Below the pieces are notes generated by a model. That model did not search any database. It had not been told where the DNA came from and saw only the letters and a list, made by a program, of their open reading frames with translations. From assembly GCF_009914755.1 (NCBI RefSeq), contig NC_060930.1: a DNA stretch of 64,000 nucleotides; one strand, 5' to 3'. Each line of letters starts with the position of its first letter. The stretch's first letter is position 1. The position numbers and the translations under genes were made by a program. The DNA comes from the human T2T-CHM13v2.0 reference genome, Homo sapiens. Of this stretch, positions 36,201 to 50,498 are shown piece by piece.

Positions 36201-37850
36201 TAGACAGAAGGTTTTGACAAACTCCTTTGTAATATATGCATTCATCTCACAGAATTGAAGCTTTCCTTTTTGAGCAGTTTGGAAACCATCTTTTTGTAGA
36301 ATCTGCAAAGGGATATTATTTCAGAGCCCTTTGAGGCTTGTGGCGAAATAAGAAATATCTTCACATAAAACTGGAAGCAGCATTCTGAGAAACTTCTTTG
36401 CAATGTGTGCATTCATCTCACAGAGTTGAAACTTTCTTTTCATTCATCAGTTTTGGAACAGTCTTTTTGTAGAATCTGCAAATGGATATTTGGAGTGCTT
36501 TGGGGCCTATGGTGAAAAAGGAAATATCTTCACATAAAAACTAAACAGAAGCATTTTGAGAAACTTCTTTGTGATGTGTGCATTCATATCAGAGAGTTGA
36601 ACCTTTTTTTTTTTTGATTGAGCAGTTTGGAAACAGTCTTTTCATCCACCTGCAGAGGGATACCTGTGAGCCCTTTGAGGCCTATGGAGAAATAGTAAAT
36701 ACATTCACATAAAAACTACACAGAAGCATTCTGAAAAACTTCTTTGTGATGTGCGCATTCATATCAAAGTGTTGAAACTGTCTTTTTATTAAGCAATTTG
36801 GAAGTATTCTTTTTGTACAATCTGCAGAGGGATATTGTGACTCCTTTGAGGCCTATGGAGAAATAGGAAATATCTTCACCTAAAAACTAGACAGAAAGAG
36901 TCTGAGAAACTGCTTTGAGATGTGTAGATTCATCCCACCGACTTGAAGATTTCTTTTGATTGAGCACTTTGGAAACAGTCCTTTTGTAGAATCTGCAAGG
37001 GGAAATTTAAGAGCCCTTTGAGGCCTATGGTGAAATAGGAAATATCTTCACATAAAAACTAGACAGAAGCGTTCTGAGAAAATTCTTTGTGATGTGCACA
37101 TTCATCTCAAATGTTGAACCTTTCTTTCAATTGAGCAGTTTGGAAACAATCTTTTTGTAGAAACTGCAGAGGGACATTTGGGAGCCAGTTGAGGCCTATG
37201 GTGAAATAGGAAATATCTTCACATAAAAACTAGACAGAAGGTTTCTGAGAAACTTCTTTGTGATGTGTGCATTCATATGAAAGAGATGAACCTTACTGTT
37301 GATTGAGAAGATTGGAAACAATCTTTTTGTAGAATCTGCAGAGAGATATTAGTGAGCCCTTTGAGGCCTATGATGAAATATGAAATATCTTCTCATAAAA
37401 ACTAGACAGAAGCTTTCTGAAAACCTTCTTTGTGATGGGTGCTTTCATCTCACAGAGTTGAACCTTTCTTTCTACTGAGCAGTTTTGGAAAGAGTCTTTT
37501 TATAGTATCTGCAAATGGATATTTGGAGCTCATTGAGGCCTATTATGAAAAAGGAAATATCTTCACATAAAAACTAGACAGAAGCTTTGTGAGAAACTAC
37601 TTTGTGATGTGTTCTTTCATCTCATAGAGCTGAACCTTTCTTTCTATTGAGCAGTTTGGAAACAGTATTTTTGTAGAATCTGCAAATGGATATTTGGAGC
37701 ACTTTGTGGCCTATGGTGAAAAAGGAAATCTCTTCACGTAAAAACCAGACAGAAGTTTTCTGAGAAACTTATTTGTGATGTGTGCTTTCATCTCACAGAG
37801 TTGAACTATTCTTTTGATTGAGCAGTTTGGAAACAGTCTTTTTATATGAA
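30201..37850 (+). repeat. Layer 4: older monomeric alpha satellite (SF6/Ha-like)
   Basis: New diagnostics are GGAAACAGTCTTTTTG, GGGATATTTGTGAG and GGTGAAAAAGG/GGTGAAATAGG. No CENP-B boxes were seen. Confidence 0.55.
35052..35115 (+). repeat. Micro-tandem triplication of GTAGATACTGCATA (22-25 bp period) inside a monomer
   Basis: GTAGATACTGCATA occurs at 35052, 35077 and 35099. Confidence 0.92.
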
Positions 37851-38199
37851 CCTGAAGTGGGATATTTGGGAGTGCTTTTAGAACTATGGTGTAAAAAGAA
37901 ATATCTTCACATAAAAACTAGAAAGAAGCTTTCTGAGAAACTGCTTTGTGATGTGTGTATTCGTCTCACAGAGCTAAACGATTTTTTCATTGAGCAGTTT
38001 GGAAACTCTTTTCTTCCAGAATCTGCAAAGGGATATTTGTGAGCACTTTGAGTCCTATGGTGAAAAAGGAAATATATTCACATAAAAACTAGAAAGACGT
38101 TTTCTGAGAAACTTCTTTGTGTTGCATGCATTCATCTGACAGGGTTGAACCATTCTTGTGATTGAGCAGTTTGGAAATAGTCTTTTAATAGAATCTGCA

Positions 38200-40200
38200 A
38201 AGGGATATTTGGGAGAATACTAAGGCCTGTGGTGAAAAGGAAATATATTCACATAAAAACTAGAAGGAAGGTTTTGAGAAACTTCTTTGTCATGTGTGCA
38301 TTCATGTCACACAGGCAAACCTTTCTTTTCATTGAGCAGTTTGGAAACTCTGTTCTTGTAGAATCTTCCAAGGGATATTTATGAGTGCTTTGAGGCCTAT
38401 GTTGAAAAAGGATATATGTTCATGTAAAAACTAGACAGAAGCTTCCTGAGAAACTTCTTTTTGATGTGTGCAGTCATCTCACAGTGTTGAACCATTCTTG
38501 TGATTGAGAAGCTTGGAAACAGTCTTTTCATAGAAACTGCAAAAGGATATTTAAGAATGCATTGAGGCCTATGGTGAGAAAGGAAATATCTTCACATAAA
38601 AACTAGAGAGAAGCTTTCTGAGAAACTGCTTTGTGATGTGTGCATTCATGTTACAGGGGTAAACGTTCCTTTTCATTGAGCAGTTTGGAAACTCTGTTCT
38701 TGGAGAATCTGCAAAGGCATATTTGTTAGTGCATTGAAACCTATGGTGAAAAAGGAAATATCTTCACATGAAAACTAGAAAGAAGCTTTCTGTGAAATGG
38801 CTTTTTGATGCATGTATTCATCTCACAGAGGTAAACGTTTATTTTCATTGAGCAGTTTGGAAAGTCTGTTCTTCTAGAATCTGCAAAGGAATATTTGGGA
38901 GTGCATAGAGGCCTAGATAGAAAAAGGAAATATCTTCTGATTCAAACTGGAAAGAGAGTTTCTGAGAAACTGCTTTGTGATGTTTGCATTCATCTGACAC
39001 AGTTAAACCATTGTTTTGATTGAGCAGTTCGGAAAAAGTCTTTTTGTAGAATCTGCAAGGGATATTTGGGAGTGCACTGAGACCTATGGTGAAAAGGAAA
39101 TATGTTCACATAAAAAGTAGAAAGAAGCTTTCTGAGAAACTGCTTTGTCATGTGTGCATTCATCTCACAGTGCTAAACCTTTCTTTTCATTGAGCAGTTT
39201 GGAAACTCTGTTCTTGTAGAATCTGCCAAGGGATATTTGTGAGTGCTTTGAGGCCTGTGTTGAAAAAGGATATATCTTCACATAAAAACTAGACAGAATC
39301 TTTCTGAGAAACTTCTTTTTGATGTGTGCATTCATCTCACAGAGTTGAACCATTCTTGAGATAGAGCAGTTTGGAAACAGTCTTTTCATAGAAACTGCAA
39401 AGGGATATTTGGGAGCACGTTGAGGCCTATGGTGAAAAAGGAAATATCTTCACATAAAAACTAGAGAGAAGCTTTCTGAGAAACTGCTTTGTGATGTGTG
39501 CATTCATGTCATAAGGGTAAACATTTGTTTTCATTGAGCAGTTTGGAAACTCTGTTCTTCTAGAATCTGCAAAGGCATATTTGTCAGTGTGTTGAAGCCT
39601 ATGCTGAAAAAGGAAATATCTTCACATAAAAACTAGAAAGAAGTTTTCTGAGAAATGGCTTTGTGATGCATGCATTCATCTCACAGAGGTAAACGTTTCT
39701 TTTCATTGAGTAGTTTGGAAATGCTGTTCTTCTAGAATCTGCAAAGGGATATTTGGGAGAGAATAGAGGCCTAGAAAGAAAAAGGAAATATCTTCAGATT
39801 CAAACTGGCGAGTTTCTGAGAGACTGCTTTGTGATGTATGCATTCATCCCACAGAGTTGAACCATTATTTTGATTGAGCAGTTTGTAAAAAGTCTTTTTG
39901 TAGAATCTGCAAAGGGATATTTGGGAGTGCACTGAGGCCTATGGTGAAAAGGAAATATGTTCACATAAAAAGTAGAAAGAAGCTTTCTGAGAAACTGGTT
40001 TATCATGAGTGCATTCATCTCACAGAGGTAAACGTTTCTTTTCATTGAGCTGTTTGGAAGCTCTGTTCTTGTAGAATCTGCAAAGGGATATTTGTGAATG
40101 CTTTGTGGCCTATGTTGAAAAAGTATATATCTTCACATAAAAACTAGACAGAAGCTTTCTGAGAAACTGGTTTGTCATGAGTGTATTCATCTCACAGAGG
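38200..40200 (+). repeat. Relic pentameric HOR-like unit (~856 bp, ~2.3 copies)
   Basis: Markers recur at ~855-858 bp: GGTGAAAAGGAAATAT(A/G)TTCAC ~38231/39088/39943, GTTGAAAAAG(G/T)ATATAT ~38401/39258/40114, GGCCTAGA..TTCAAACTGG ~38910/39768. Confidence 0.8.
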
Positions 40201-40299
40201 TAAACATTTCTTTTCATTGAGCAGTTTGGAAACAGTCTTTTTGTAGAATCTGCAGAGGGATATTTAGGAGCACTTTGAGGCCTATGGTCAAAAAGGAAT

Positions 40300-43030
40300 T
40301 ATCTTCTGATACATACTAGAAAGAGAGTTTCTGAGAAACTGCTTTATGATGTGTACATTAATCTCACAGAATTGAGCCATTCTTTTGATTGAGCAATTTG
40401 GAAACACAGTGTTTGTAGAATCTGCGAAGGGATATTTTGTTTCACATGGATGCCTGTGTTGAAAAAGGAAATATCTTCCAATACATGCTAGACAGAAGCT
40501 TTCTGAGAGAATGCTTTGTAATGTGTGCATTCATCCCACAGAATTAAAAGTTTCTTTTCATTGAGCAGTTTTTAAACTCTGTTGTTCTATAATCTGCAAA
40601 AGGATATTTGGGAGTGCATTGAGGCCTATGGTTAAAAAGGAAATATCTTCCGATACAAACTAGAAATAGAGTTTTTGAGAAACTGCTTTGTGATGTGTGC
40701 ATTCATCTCACATAGTTGAACAATTCTTTTGATTGAGCAGTATGGAAACACAGTGTTAGTAGAATCTGCAAAGGATTATTTGGATTTGCATTGAGGCCTG
40801 TGTTGAAAAAGGAAATATCTTCTGATACAAACAAGATGGAAGCTTTCTGAGAAACTGCTTTGTGATGTGTGCACTCATCCTACAGAGTTGAACCATTCTT
40901 TTGATGGAGCAGTTTTGAACCACTGTTTTTGGAGAATCTGCAAGGGGATATTTGGGGGCCCTCGAGTCTTATGGTGAAAAAGGAAATATCCTCACATAAA
41001 AACTAGAAAGGAGCTTTCTGAGAAACTGCTTTGTAATATGTGCATTCATCTCACAGAGTTAAACCATTCTTTTGATTGAGCAGCTTGGAAACACAGTGTT
41101 TGAAGTATCTGCGGAGGAGTATTTGGATTCACCTTGAGGCCTAGGGGGCAAAAGGAAATATCTTCTGATACAAACTAGGCAGAAAGTTTCTGGAAGACTG
41201 CTTTGTGATGTGTGCACTCATCTCACAGAGTTAAACTTTCTTTTCATTGAGCAGTTTGGAGACTCTGTTCTTGTAGAATCTGCAAAGGGATATTTGAGAG
41301 TGCATAGAGGCCTGTAGTGAAAAAGGAAATATCTTCCAATAAACTCGAAAAAGTGTTACTGAGTAACCGCTTTGTGATGTGTGCATTCATCTCACCTAGT
41401 TGAACCATTCTTTTGGTTGAGCAGTTTGGAAACACAGTGTTTCTAGAATCTGTGAAGGGATATTTGGAGTCACATGGAGGCCTGTGGTGAAAAAGGAAAT
41501 ATCTTCTGACACAAACTAGACAGAAGCTTCCTGAGAGAATGCTTTGTAATGTGTGTATTCATCCCACAGAGTTAAACATTTCTTTTCAATGATCAGTTTG
41601 GAAATTCTGTTCTTTCAGAATCTGCAAAAGGATATTTGAGAGCATATTGAGGTGTATGGTGAAAAAGGAAATATCTTCCAATACAAACTAGAAAGAGTTT
41701 CTGAGGAACTGCTTTGTGATGTGTGCATTCATCTTACAGAGTTGAACCATTCTTTCACTGAGCAGTTTGGAAACACAGTGTTTGTAGAATCTGTGAAGGG
41801 ATATTTGGATTTGCATGGAGGCCTGTGGTGAAAAATGAAATATCTTCTGATACAAACTAGACAGAAATTTTGTGAGAGACGAATTTGTGAAGTGTGCATC
41901 CCTCTCACAGAGTTGAACCATTCTTTTGAAGGAGCAGTTTAGAACCACTGTTTTAGTAGAATCTGCAAAGGGATATTTGGGAGCCCTTTGAGTCTTACGG
42001 TGAAAAAGGAAATATCCTCACATAAAAACTAGAAAGGAGCATTCTGAGAAACTGCTTTGTGATATATGCATTCATTTCACAGAATTAAAACTTTCCTTTG
42101 ATGGAGCATTTTGGAAACACTGTTTTTGTAGAATCTGCAAAGGGATATTTCAGAGTGCTTTCAGGCCTATGATGAAAAAGGAAATATCTTCACCTAAAAA
42201 CTCATAGGAAGCTTTCTGAGAAACTGCTTTGTGATGTGTGCATTCCTCTCACAGAGTTAAACCATTCTTTTGATTGAGCAGTTTGGAACTACTGTTTTTC
42301 TAGAATCTGCAAAGGGATATTTGTGAGTGCTTTGAGGTCTATGGTGAAAAAAGAAATATTCTCACATAAAAACTAGAAAGGAGCTTTCTGAAAAATGGCT
42401 GTATGATGTGTGCATTCATCTCACAGAGCTGAACCATTCTTTTGATTGAGCAGTTTGGAAGCAGAGTGTTTGTAGGATCTGTGAAGGGATATTTGAATTT
42501 GCATGAAGGCTAGTGGTGAAAAAGGAAATATCTTCTGATACAAATTAGACAGATGCTTTCTTAGAGAATAATCTCTAATGTGTGCATTCATCCCACAGAG
42601 TTAAGCATTTCTTTTCATTGAGCAGTTTGGAAACTCTGTTGTTCTAGAATCTGCAAAGGGATATTTGGGAGTGCATTGAATCCTACTGTGAAAAAGGAAA
42701 TATCTTCCAATACAAACTAAAAAAAGAGTTCCTGAGGAACTGCTTTTTGATGTGTGCATTCATCTCACAGAGTTGAACCATTCTTTCATTGAGCAGTTTG
42801 GAAACACAGTGTTTGCAGAATCTGTGAAGGGATATTTGGATTCATATGGAGGCCTGTGGTGAAAAATGAAATATCTTCCGATACAAACTAGATAGAAATT
42901 TTGTGAGAGACGAATTTGTGAAGTGTGCATTCCTCTCACAGAGTTGAACCATTCTTTTGAAGGAGCAGTTTAGAACCACTGTTTTTGTAGAATCTGCAAA
43001 GGGATATTTGGGAGCCCTTTGAGGCCTATG
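40300..43030 (+). repeat. Relic hexameric HOR-like unit (~1029 bp, ~2.7 copies)
   Basis: AGAGAAT..TAATGTGTG..CATCCCACAG occurs at ~40505/41533/42562, TGTGAGAGACGAATTTGTGAAG at 41871/42902, and ATATCCTCACATAAAAACTAGAAAGGAGC at ~40987/42013. Confidence 0.8.
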
Positions 43031-46000
43031 GTGAAAATGTAAATATCTTCATATAATAACTAGAAAGAAGCTTTATGTTAAACTTCCTTGTGATGTGTGA
43101 ATTCATCTCACAGGGTTAGAATTTTCTTTTCATTCAGCAATTTGGAAACACTGTTTTTGTAGAATCTGTGAAGGGATATTTAGGAGTGCATTGAGGCCTA
43201 TGGTGAAAAAGTAAACATCTTCAAATAATAATTAGACAGAAGCTTTATGGTAAACCGATTTGTGATGTCTGCTTTCATCACACAGAGTAAAAATTTCTTT
43301 TGTTTCAACAGTTTGTAAACACTGCTTTGTCCAATCTGTGAATGGACATTTGGGAGCTCTTTGAGATGAATGGAGGAAAAGTGAATATCCCAGGAAAAAA
43401 ACTACATGGAAGTAATCTGAGAAACTGATTTGTGATGTATGCATTCATCTCGCATATTTAAACCTTTCTTTTCATTCAGCAGTTTGCAAAACCTTTTTTG
43501 TAAAATCTGCAAAGGGATATTTGGGAGACCTTTGAGTCCTACAGTGAAAAAGTCAATATCTTCACATAAAAACCAGAAAGAAGCTTTCTGAGAGACAGCT
43601 TTGTGATTTGTGCATTCATCTCACAGAGTTAAACATTTCTTTTGATTCAACAGTTTTGAAACACTATTTTTGTCCATTCTGTGAAGGTATATTTGGTAGC
43701 CCATTGAGGCCTATGGTGAAAAAGGAAATATCTTCAAACCATAACTAGATAGAAGCTTTCTGAGGAACTGCTTTGTGATGTGTGTTTTCATCTCACAGAG
43801 ATAAAGATTCTTTTGTTTCAATAGTTTGGAAACATTGTTTTTGTCCATTCTACCAATGTCCATTTTGGAGATGATTGACTCCAAGGAAAAAAAGTGAATA
43901 TCCCAGGATAAAAAAGTCAAGGAAGCCAGGTGAGAAACCGCTATGTGATGTATGCATTCATCTTGAGAGTTAAACCTTCCTTTTCATTCAGCTGTTTGGA
44001 AACACTGTTTTTGTAGAATCTTGGAAGTGATATTTGGGAGTGCAAGGAGACCTATGGTGAAAAAGAAAATATCTTAAGATAAAAACTAGAAATAAGCTTT
44101 CTGAGAAACCGTTCTGTGATGGGTGCATTCATCTCACAGAGGTAAACCTTTCTTTCGATCCAGCACTTTGGAAACACTGATTTTGCAGAATCTGCGAAGG
44201 GATATTTTGGAGCGCATTGAGGCCTGCTGTGAAAAAGGAAATATCTTCAAATAAAAACTAGAGAGAAGCTTTCAGAGAAACTGTTTTGTGATGTGTGCAT
44301 TCATCTCACAGAGATATTCTTTTCTTTTGTTTCAACAATTTTGAAACACTGTTTTTGTCCATTCTGCAATGGGATATTTGGGAGCTATTGAGGCCTATGG
44401 TGAAAAAGAAAATATTTTCAGAGAAAAACTAGAACAAGCTTGCTGAGAAACTGCTTTCTGATGTGTGCATTCATCTCCAGAGTTAAATCTTGCTTTTCAT
44501 TCAGCAGTTTGGAAACACGGTTTTTGTAGATTATGCCATGGGATATCTGGGAGCACATTGAGACCTATGGTGTAGAAGAAAATATCTTAAAACTAGTATG
44601 AAGCTTTCTGAGAAACTGTTCTGTGATGTGTGCAATCACCTCACAGTGGTAAATCTCTCTTTTCTAATAGCCATTTGGAAACAGTTTTTGCGGAATCTGT
44701 GAAGGGGCATAAGGGATCCCATTGAGTCCTATGAAGAAAAAGTAAATGTCTTCATATAAAATCTTGAAGGAAGCTCTATGACAAACTGCTTTGTGATGTG
44801 TGCATTCATCTCACAGAGTTAATTCTTTTTTTGTTTCAAGAGTTTTGTAACACTGTTTTTGTTCATTCTGTGAAGGGATATTTGGGAGCACTTTGAGGTC
44901 TATGGTGAAAAAGAAAATATCTTCAAATAAAAACTAGACAGAAGCTTTCTGAGAAACTGCTTCATGATTTGTGCATTCGTCTCACAGAGTTAATCCTTTC
45001 TTTTTATTCAACAGCTTTGAAACACTGTTTTTCTCCATTCTGCAAAGGGATATTTGGGAGTTTATTGAGGCATGTGGTGAAAAAGAAAATATCTTCAAAT
45101 AAAAACTAGAAAGAAGCTTTCTGAGAAACTGCTTTGAGATGTGTGCATTCATCTCTCAGAGTTAAACTTTTCTTTTTCATTCAACACTTTGGAAACACTG
45201 TTTTTGTAGAATCTGTGAAGGAATATTTGGGAGTGCTTTGAGATCCATGGTGTAGAAGAAAATATCTTAAGATAAAAAGTAGAAAGAAGCTTTTTGAGAA
45301 ACTGCTCTGTGATTGATGTATTCACCTCTCAGAGTTAAATCTTTCTGTTGATCCAGTAGCTTGGAAACATTTTTTCTCCATTCTGCGAAGGGATATTTGG
45401 GAGCCCATTAAGGCCTGTGGTGAAAAAAAAGTCTTCAAATAAAACTAGAAAGAAGCTTTCTGAGAAACTGTTTTGAGAGGTGTGCATTCATCTCACAGAG
45501 CTAAACCTTTCTTTTTCATTGAACACTTTGGAAACACTGTTTTTGTAGAATCTGTGAAGGGATATTTGGGAGTGCATTGTGACCTATGGTGTAGAAGAGA
45601 ATATCTTAAAATAAAAAGTAGAAATAAGCTTTCTGAGAAACAATTCTGTGATGGGTGCATTCATCTCACAGAGTTAAACCTTTCTTTTGATCCTGCAGTT
45701 TGGAAAAACTGTTTTTGTAGAATCTGCAAAGGGATATTTCAGAGCACATTGAGGCCTATGGTGAAAAAGGAAATATCTTCAAATAATAACTACCAAGAAG
45801 CTTTCTAAGAAACTTCTTTGTGATGTGTGCTTTCATCTCACAGAGTGAAAACTTTTTTTGTTTGGAAACACTGTTTTCGTCCATTCTGTGAATGGACATT
45901 TGGGAGCTCATTGAGGCCAATGGAGGACAAGTGAATATCCCAAGATAAAAACTACAAGTAAGGTATCTGAGAAACTGATTTGTGATGTGTGCATTCATCT

Positions 46001-49000
46001 TGCAGAGTTAAACCATTCTTTCCATTCAGCAGTTTGGAAAACCTGTTTTTGTAGACCTTGAGAGGGCGTATGTTGGAGCCCATTGAGTCCTATGGTGAAA
46101 AAGTAAATATCTTCATATAAAAACTAGAATAAGGCTTTCTGAGAAACTGCTTTGCAATGTGTGCATTCATCTCACAGAGTTAAACCTTTATTTTCATTCA
46201 GCAGTTTGGAAAACTGTTTTTGTAGAATCTGCAAAAGGAGATTTCGGAAAGCATTGAGGTCTATGTTGAAAAAGGAAATATCTTCAAATAATAACTAGAC
46301 AGAAGCTTTCTGAGAAACTGCTTTTTGATATGTTCTTTCATCTCACAGTGTTAAAACCTTCTTTTGTTTCAAATGTTTGTAAACACTGTCCTTGTCCATT
46401 CTGCCAATGGCTATTTTGGTGATCATTGAGGCCAATGGAGCAAAAGTGAATATCTTGGGATAAAAACTTCAAGGAAGCTATGTGAGAAACTGCTTTGTGA
46501 TGTGTCCATTCATCTCACAGTGTTGAAACTTTCTTTTCATTCAATAGTTTGGAAACACTGCTTTTGTCCATCGTGTGAGGGAATATTTGGGACTGCATTG
46601 AGATCTATGATGAAAAAGTACATATTTTCATATAAAAACTAGAAAGAAGCTTTCTGAGAAACTGCTTTGTGATGTGTACATTTATCTCACAGAGTTAACA
46701 CTTTCTTTTGATTCAACAGTTTTGAAACACTGTTTTTGTCCATTCTGCAAAGGAATATTTGGGAGTGCATTGAGGCCTATGGTGAAATAGAAAATATCTT
46801 GAGATAAAAGCTAGAAAGAAGCTTTCTGAGAAACTGCTTTGTGATGTGTAGTTTCATCTCACAGAGTTAAACGTTTCTTTTCATTCAGTAGTTTGGAAAC
46901 ACTGTTTTTGTCCATTCTGTGAATGGACATTTTGGACCTCATTGAGGCCAATGGAGAAAATGTGAATATCCTAGGATAAAAACATCAAGGAAGCTATCTA
47001 AGAAATCAGTTTGTGGTATGTGCATTCATCTCACAGAGTTAAACCTTTCCTTACATTCAGCAGTTTGGAAACACTCTTTTGAGTAATCTGCAAAGGGATA
47101 TTTTGTAGTGCGTTGAGACCTATTGTGTAGAAGAAAATATTTTAAGATAAAAAGTAGAAAGAAGCTTTCTGAGAAACTATTCCATGATGTGTGCATTCAC
47201 CTTACAGAGTTAAACCTTTCTTTTGATCCTGCAGTTTGGAAACACTGTTTTTGTAGAATCTGCAAAGGGATATTTCGGAGCACATTGAGGCCTATGGTGA
47301 AAAAAGAAATATCTTCAAACCATAACTAGACAGAAGCTTTCTGAGAAACTGCTTTGTGATGTGTGTTTTCATCTCACAGGGTTAAAATTTTCTTCAGTTT
47401 CACCAGTTTGGAAACACTGTTTTTGTCCATTCTGTGAATGGACATTTGGGAGCTCATTGAAGCCAATGGAGGAAAAGCAAATATCCCAGGATAAAAACTA
47501 CAAGGAAGCTAACTGAGAAACTACTTTGTGATGTGTGCCTTTATCTAGCAGAGTTAAACCTTTCTTTCCATTCAGCAGTTTGGAAACACTGTTTTCGTAG
47601 AATCTATGAAGGGATATTTGGGAGCCATTTGAGGCCTACGGTGAAAATGTAAATATCTTCATATAAAAACTAGAAAGAAGCTCTCTGATAAACTTCTATG
47701 TGATGTATGCATTCATCCCCCAGAGTTAAACCTTACTTTTGATCCAGCAGTTTGGTAACCCTGTTTTTGTAGATTCTGTGAAGGGATATTTTGGAGTGCA
47801 TTGAGACTTAGGCTGAAAAAGGAAATATCTTCAAATAATAACTAGACAGAAACTTTCTGAGAAACTGATTTGTGATGTGTGCTTTCATCTCACAGAGTTA
47901 AAACTTTCTTTTGATTGAACAGTTTGGAAACACTGTTTTTGTCCATTGTGTGAATGGACATATGGGAGCTCATTGAGGCCAGTGGAGGAAAAGAAAATAT
48001 CCCAGGATAAAAACTACAAGGAAGTTATCTGAGAAATAAATTTGTGATGTGTGCATTCATCTCACAGAGTTAAACATTTCTTTTCATTCAGTTGTTTTGA
48101 AGCACATTTTTGTTGAATCTGCAAAGGGATGTTTGGGAGCACTTGGAGATCTTTGGTGAAAAAAAATCTGAAGATAAAAAGTAGAAAGAAAGTTTCTGAG
48201 AAACTTCTCTGTGATGGTTTCATTCAACTCACAGAGGTCGAGCAGTTTGGAAACTCTTTTTCTGTAGAATCTCCAAATGTATATTTGGGAGCCCATTGAG
48301 GTCTACAGTGAAAAAGTAAATAACTTCTTATAAAAACTAGAAATAATGTTTCTGAGAAACTGCATTGTGATGTGTGCATTCATCTCACAGAGATAAACCT
48401 TTCTTTACATTCGGCAGTTTGGCAACACTGTATTTTTAGGATCTGTGAAGGGATATTTCCCAGTGCATTGAGGCCAAGGGTGAAAAAGAAAATATCTTCA
48501 GATAAAAAGTAGAAGAAAGCTTTCTGAGAAACTGCCTTGTGATGTGTGCTTTCATCTCTCAGAGTTAAATCGTTATTTTTATTCAGCAGTTTGTAAACAT
48601 TGTTTTTGTCCATTCTGTGAATGGACATTGGGGAGCTCATTGAGGCCTATGGTGAAATATCAAATTTCCCAGGATAAATACTGGAAGAAAGCTATCTGAG
48701 AAAACCACTTTGTGATGTGTGCATTCATCTTGCACAGTTTATACTTTCTTATCATTCAGCCATTTGGAAACACAGTTTTTGTAGAATCTGAGAAGGGATA
48801 TTTTGGAGCATGTTAAGGCCCATGGTAAAAAAGAAAATAACTTCAGATATAAACTAGAAACGTCCTTTCTGAGAAAGTGCTTTGTGATGTCTGCTTTCAT
48901 CTCACAGAATTAAATATTTCTTTTCATTCAGTAGTTTGGAAAGACTGTTTTTGTTTATTCTGTGAATGGATATTTGGGAGCTCATTGAGTCCAATGGAGA

Positions 49001-50141
49001 AAAAGCAAATGTCCCAGGATGAAAACTTCAAGGAATCTATCTGAGAAACCACTTTGTGATGTGAGCATTCACCTCACAGATTTAAACTTTCTTTACCTTA
49101 AGCAATTTGGAAACACTGTTTTTGTAGAATTTGTTAAGGAATATTTCAGAGCGCATTGAGGCCTATGTTTAAAAGGAAAATATCTTCAGATAAAAACTAG
49201 ACAGAACATTTCTGAGAAACTGCTTTGTGATGTGTGCTTTATCTCACAGAGTTAAATATTTCTTTTCATTCAGCAGTTAGAAAGACTGTTTTTGTCCATT
49301 TTGAGAATGGACATTTGGGAACACATAGAGGCAAGTGGAGAAAAAGTGAATATCACAGGATAAAAACTTCAAGAAAGCTATCTGAGAAACCACTTTGTGA
49401 TGGGTGCATTAATCTTGGTGATTTAAACCTTTCTTTTGATTCAGCAGTTTGGAAATACTGTTTTTGTCCATTCTGCAAATGGACATTTTGCAGGTGATTG
49501 AGGCCAATGGCAAAAAATTGAATATCCCAGGATAAAAACTACTTGAGGATAAAAAGCTACTTGAGAAACTGCTTTGTGATGTGTGCATTCATCTCACAGA
49601 GTGAAACATTTCTTTTCATTCAGCAGTTTGGAAACACTGTTTTTGCAGAATGTGTGAAGGGATATTTTGCAGCCTATTGAGACCTATGTTGCAGAAGAAA
49701 ATATCTTAAGATAAAAAGTAGAAAGGAGGTTTCTGAGAAACTGCTCTGTGATGGGTGCATTGACCTCACAGAGTTAAACCTTTCTTTTGATCCAGCAGTT
49801 TGGAAACACTGTTTTTTAGAATCTGCAAAGGGCTCCATTCATCCCACAGAATTAATCCTTTCTTTTGATTCAACAGTTTTGAAACACTTTTTGTCCATTC
49901 TGCGAATAGATATTTGGGAGCTCATTGAGGTCAATGGAGAAAAAGGGAATTTCCCAGAATAAAAATTCCATGGAAGCTATCTGAGAAACTGCTTTTTGAT
50001 GTGTGCATTCATCTTGCAGAGTTAAACCTTTCCTTTCATTCAGCAGTTTGGAAACACTGTTTTTTGAAGAATTTGCAAAGGGGTATTTGGGAGTGCATTG
50101 AGACCTGTGGTGAAAAAGAAAATATCTTAAGATAAAAAGTA

Positions 50142-50498
<357 letters not shown>

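Larger units (their letters stand above)
37851..43050 (+). repeat. Layer 5: older monomeric alpha satellite (SF7/Ka-like) containing relic 5-mer and 6-mer periodicities
   Basis: Diagnostics are AGAAAGAAGCTTTCTGAGAAACTGC, GGGATATTTGGGAG, GAAACTCTGTTCTT, GAACCATTC and GATACAAACTAG. Confidence 0.5.

Noticed and set aside
36604-36616. Long T run as a possible antisense retroelement tail
   Set aside because: It sits at the normal CTTTCTTTTG position with intact flanks, consistent with simple homopolymer expansion.
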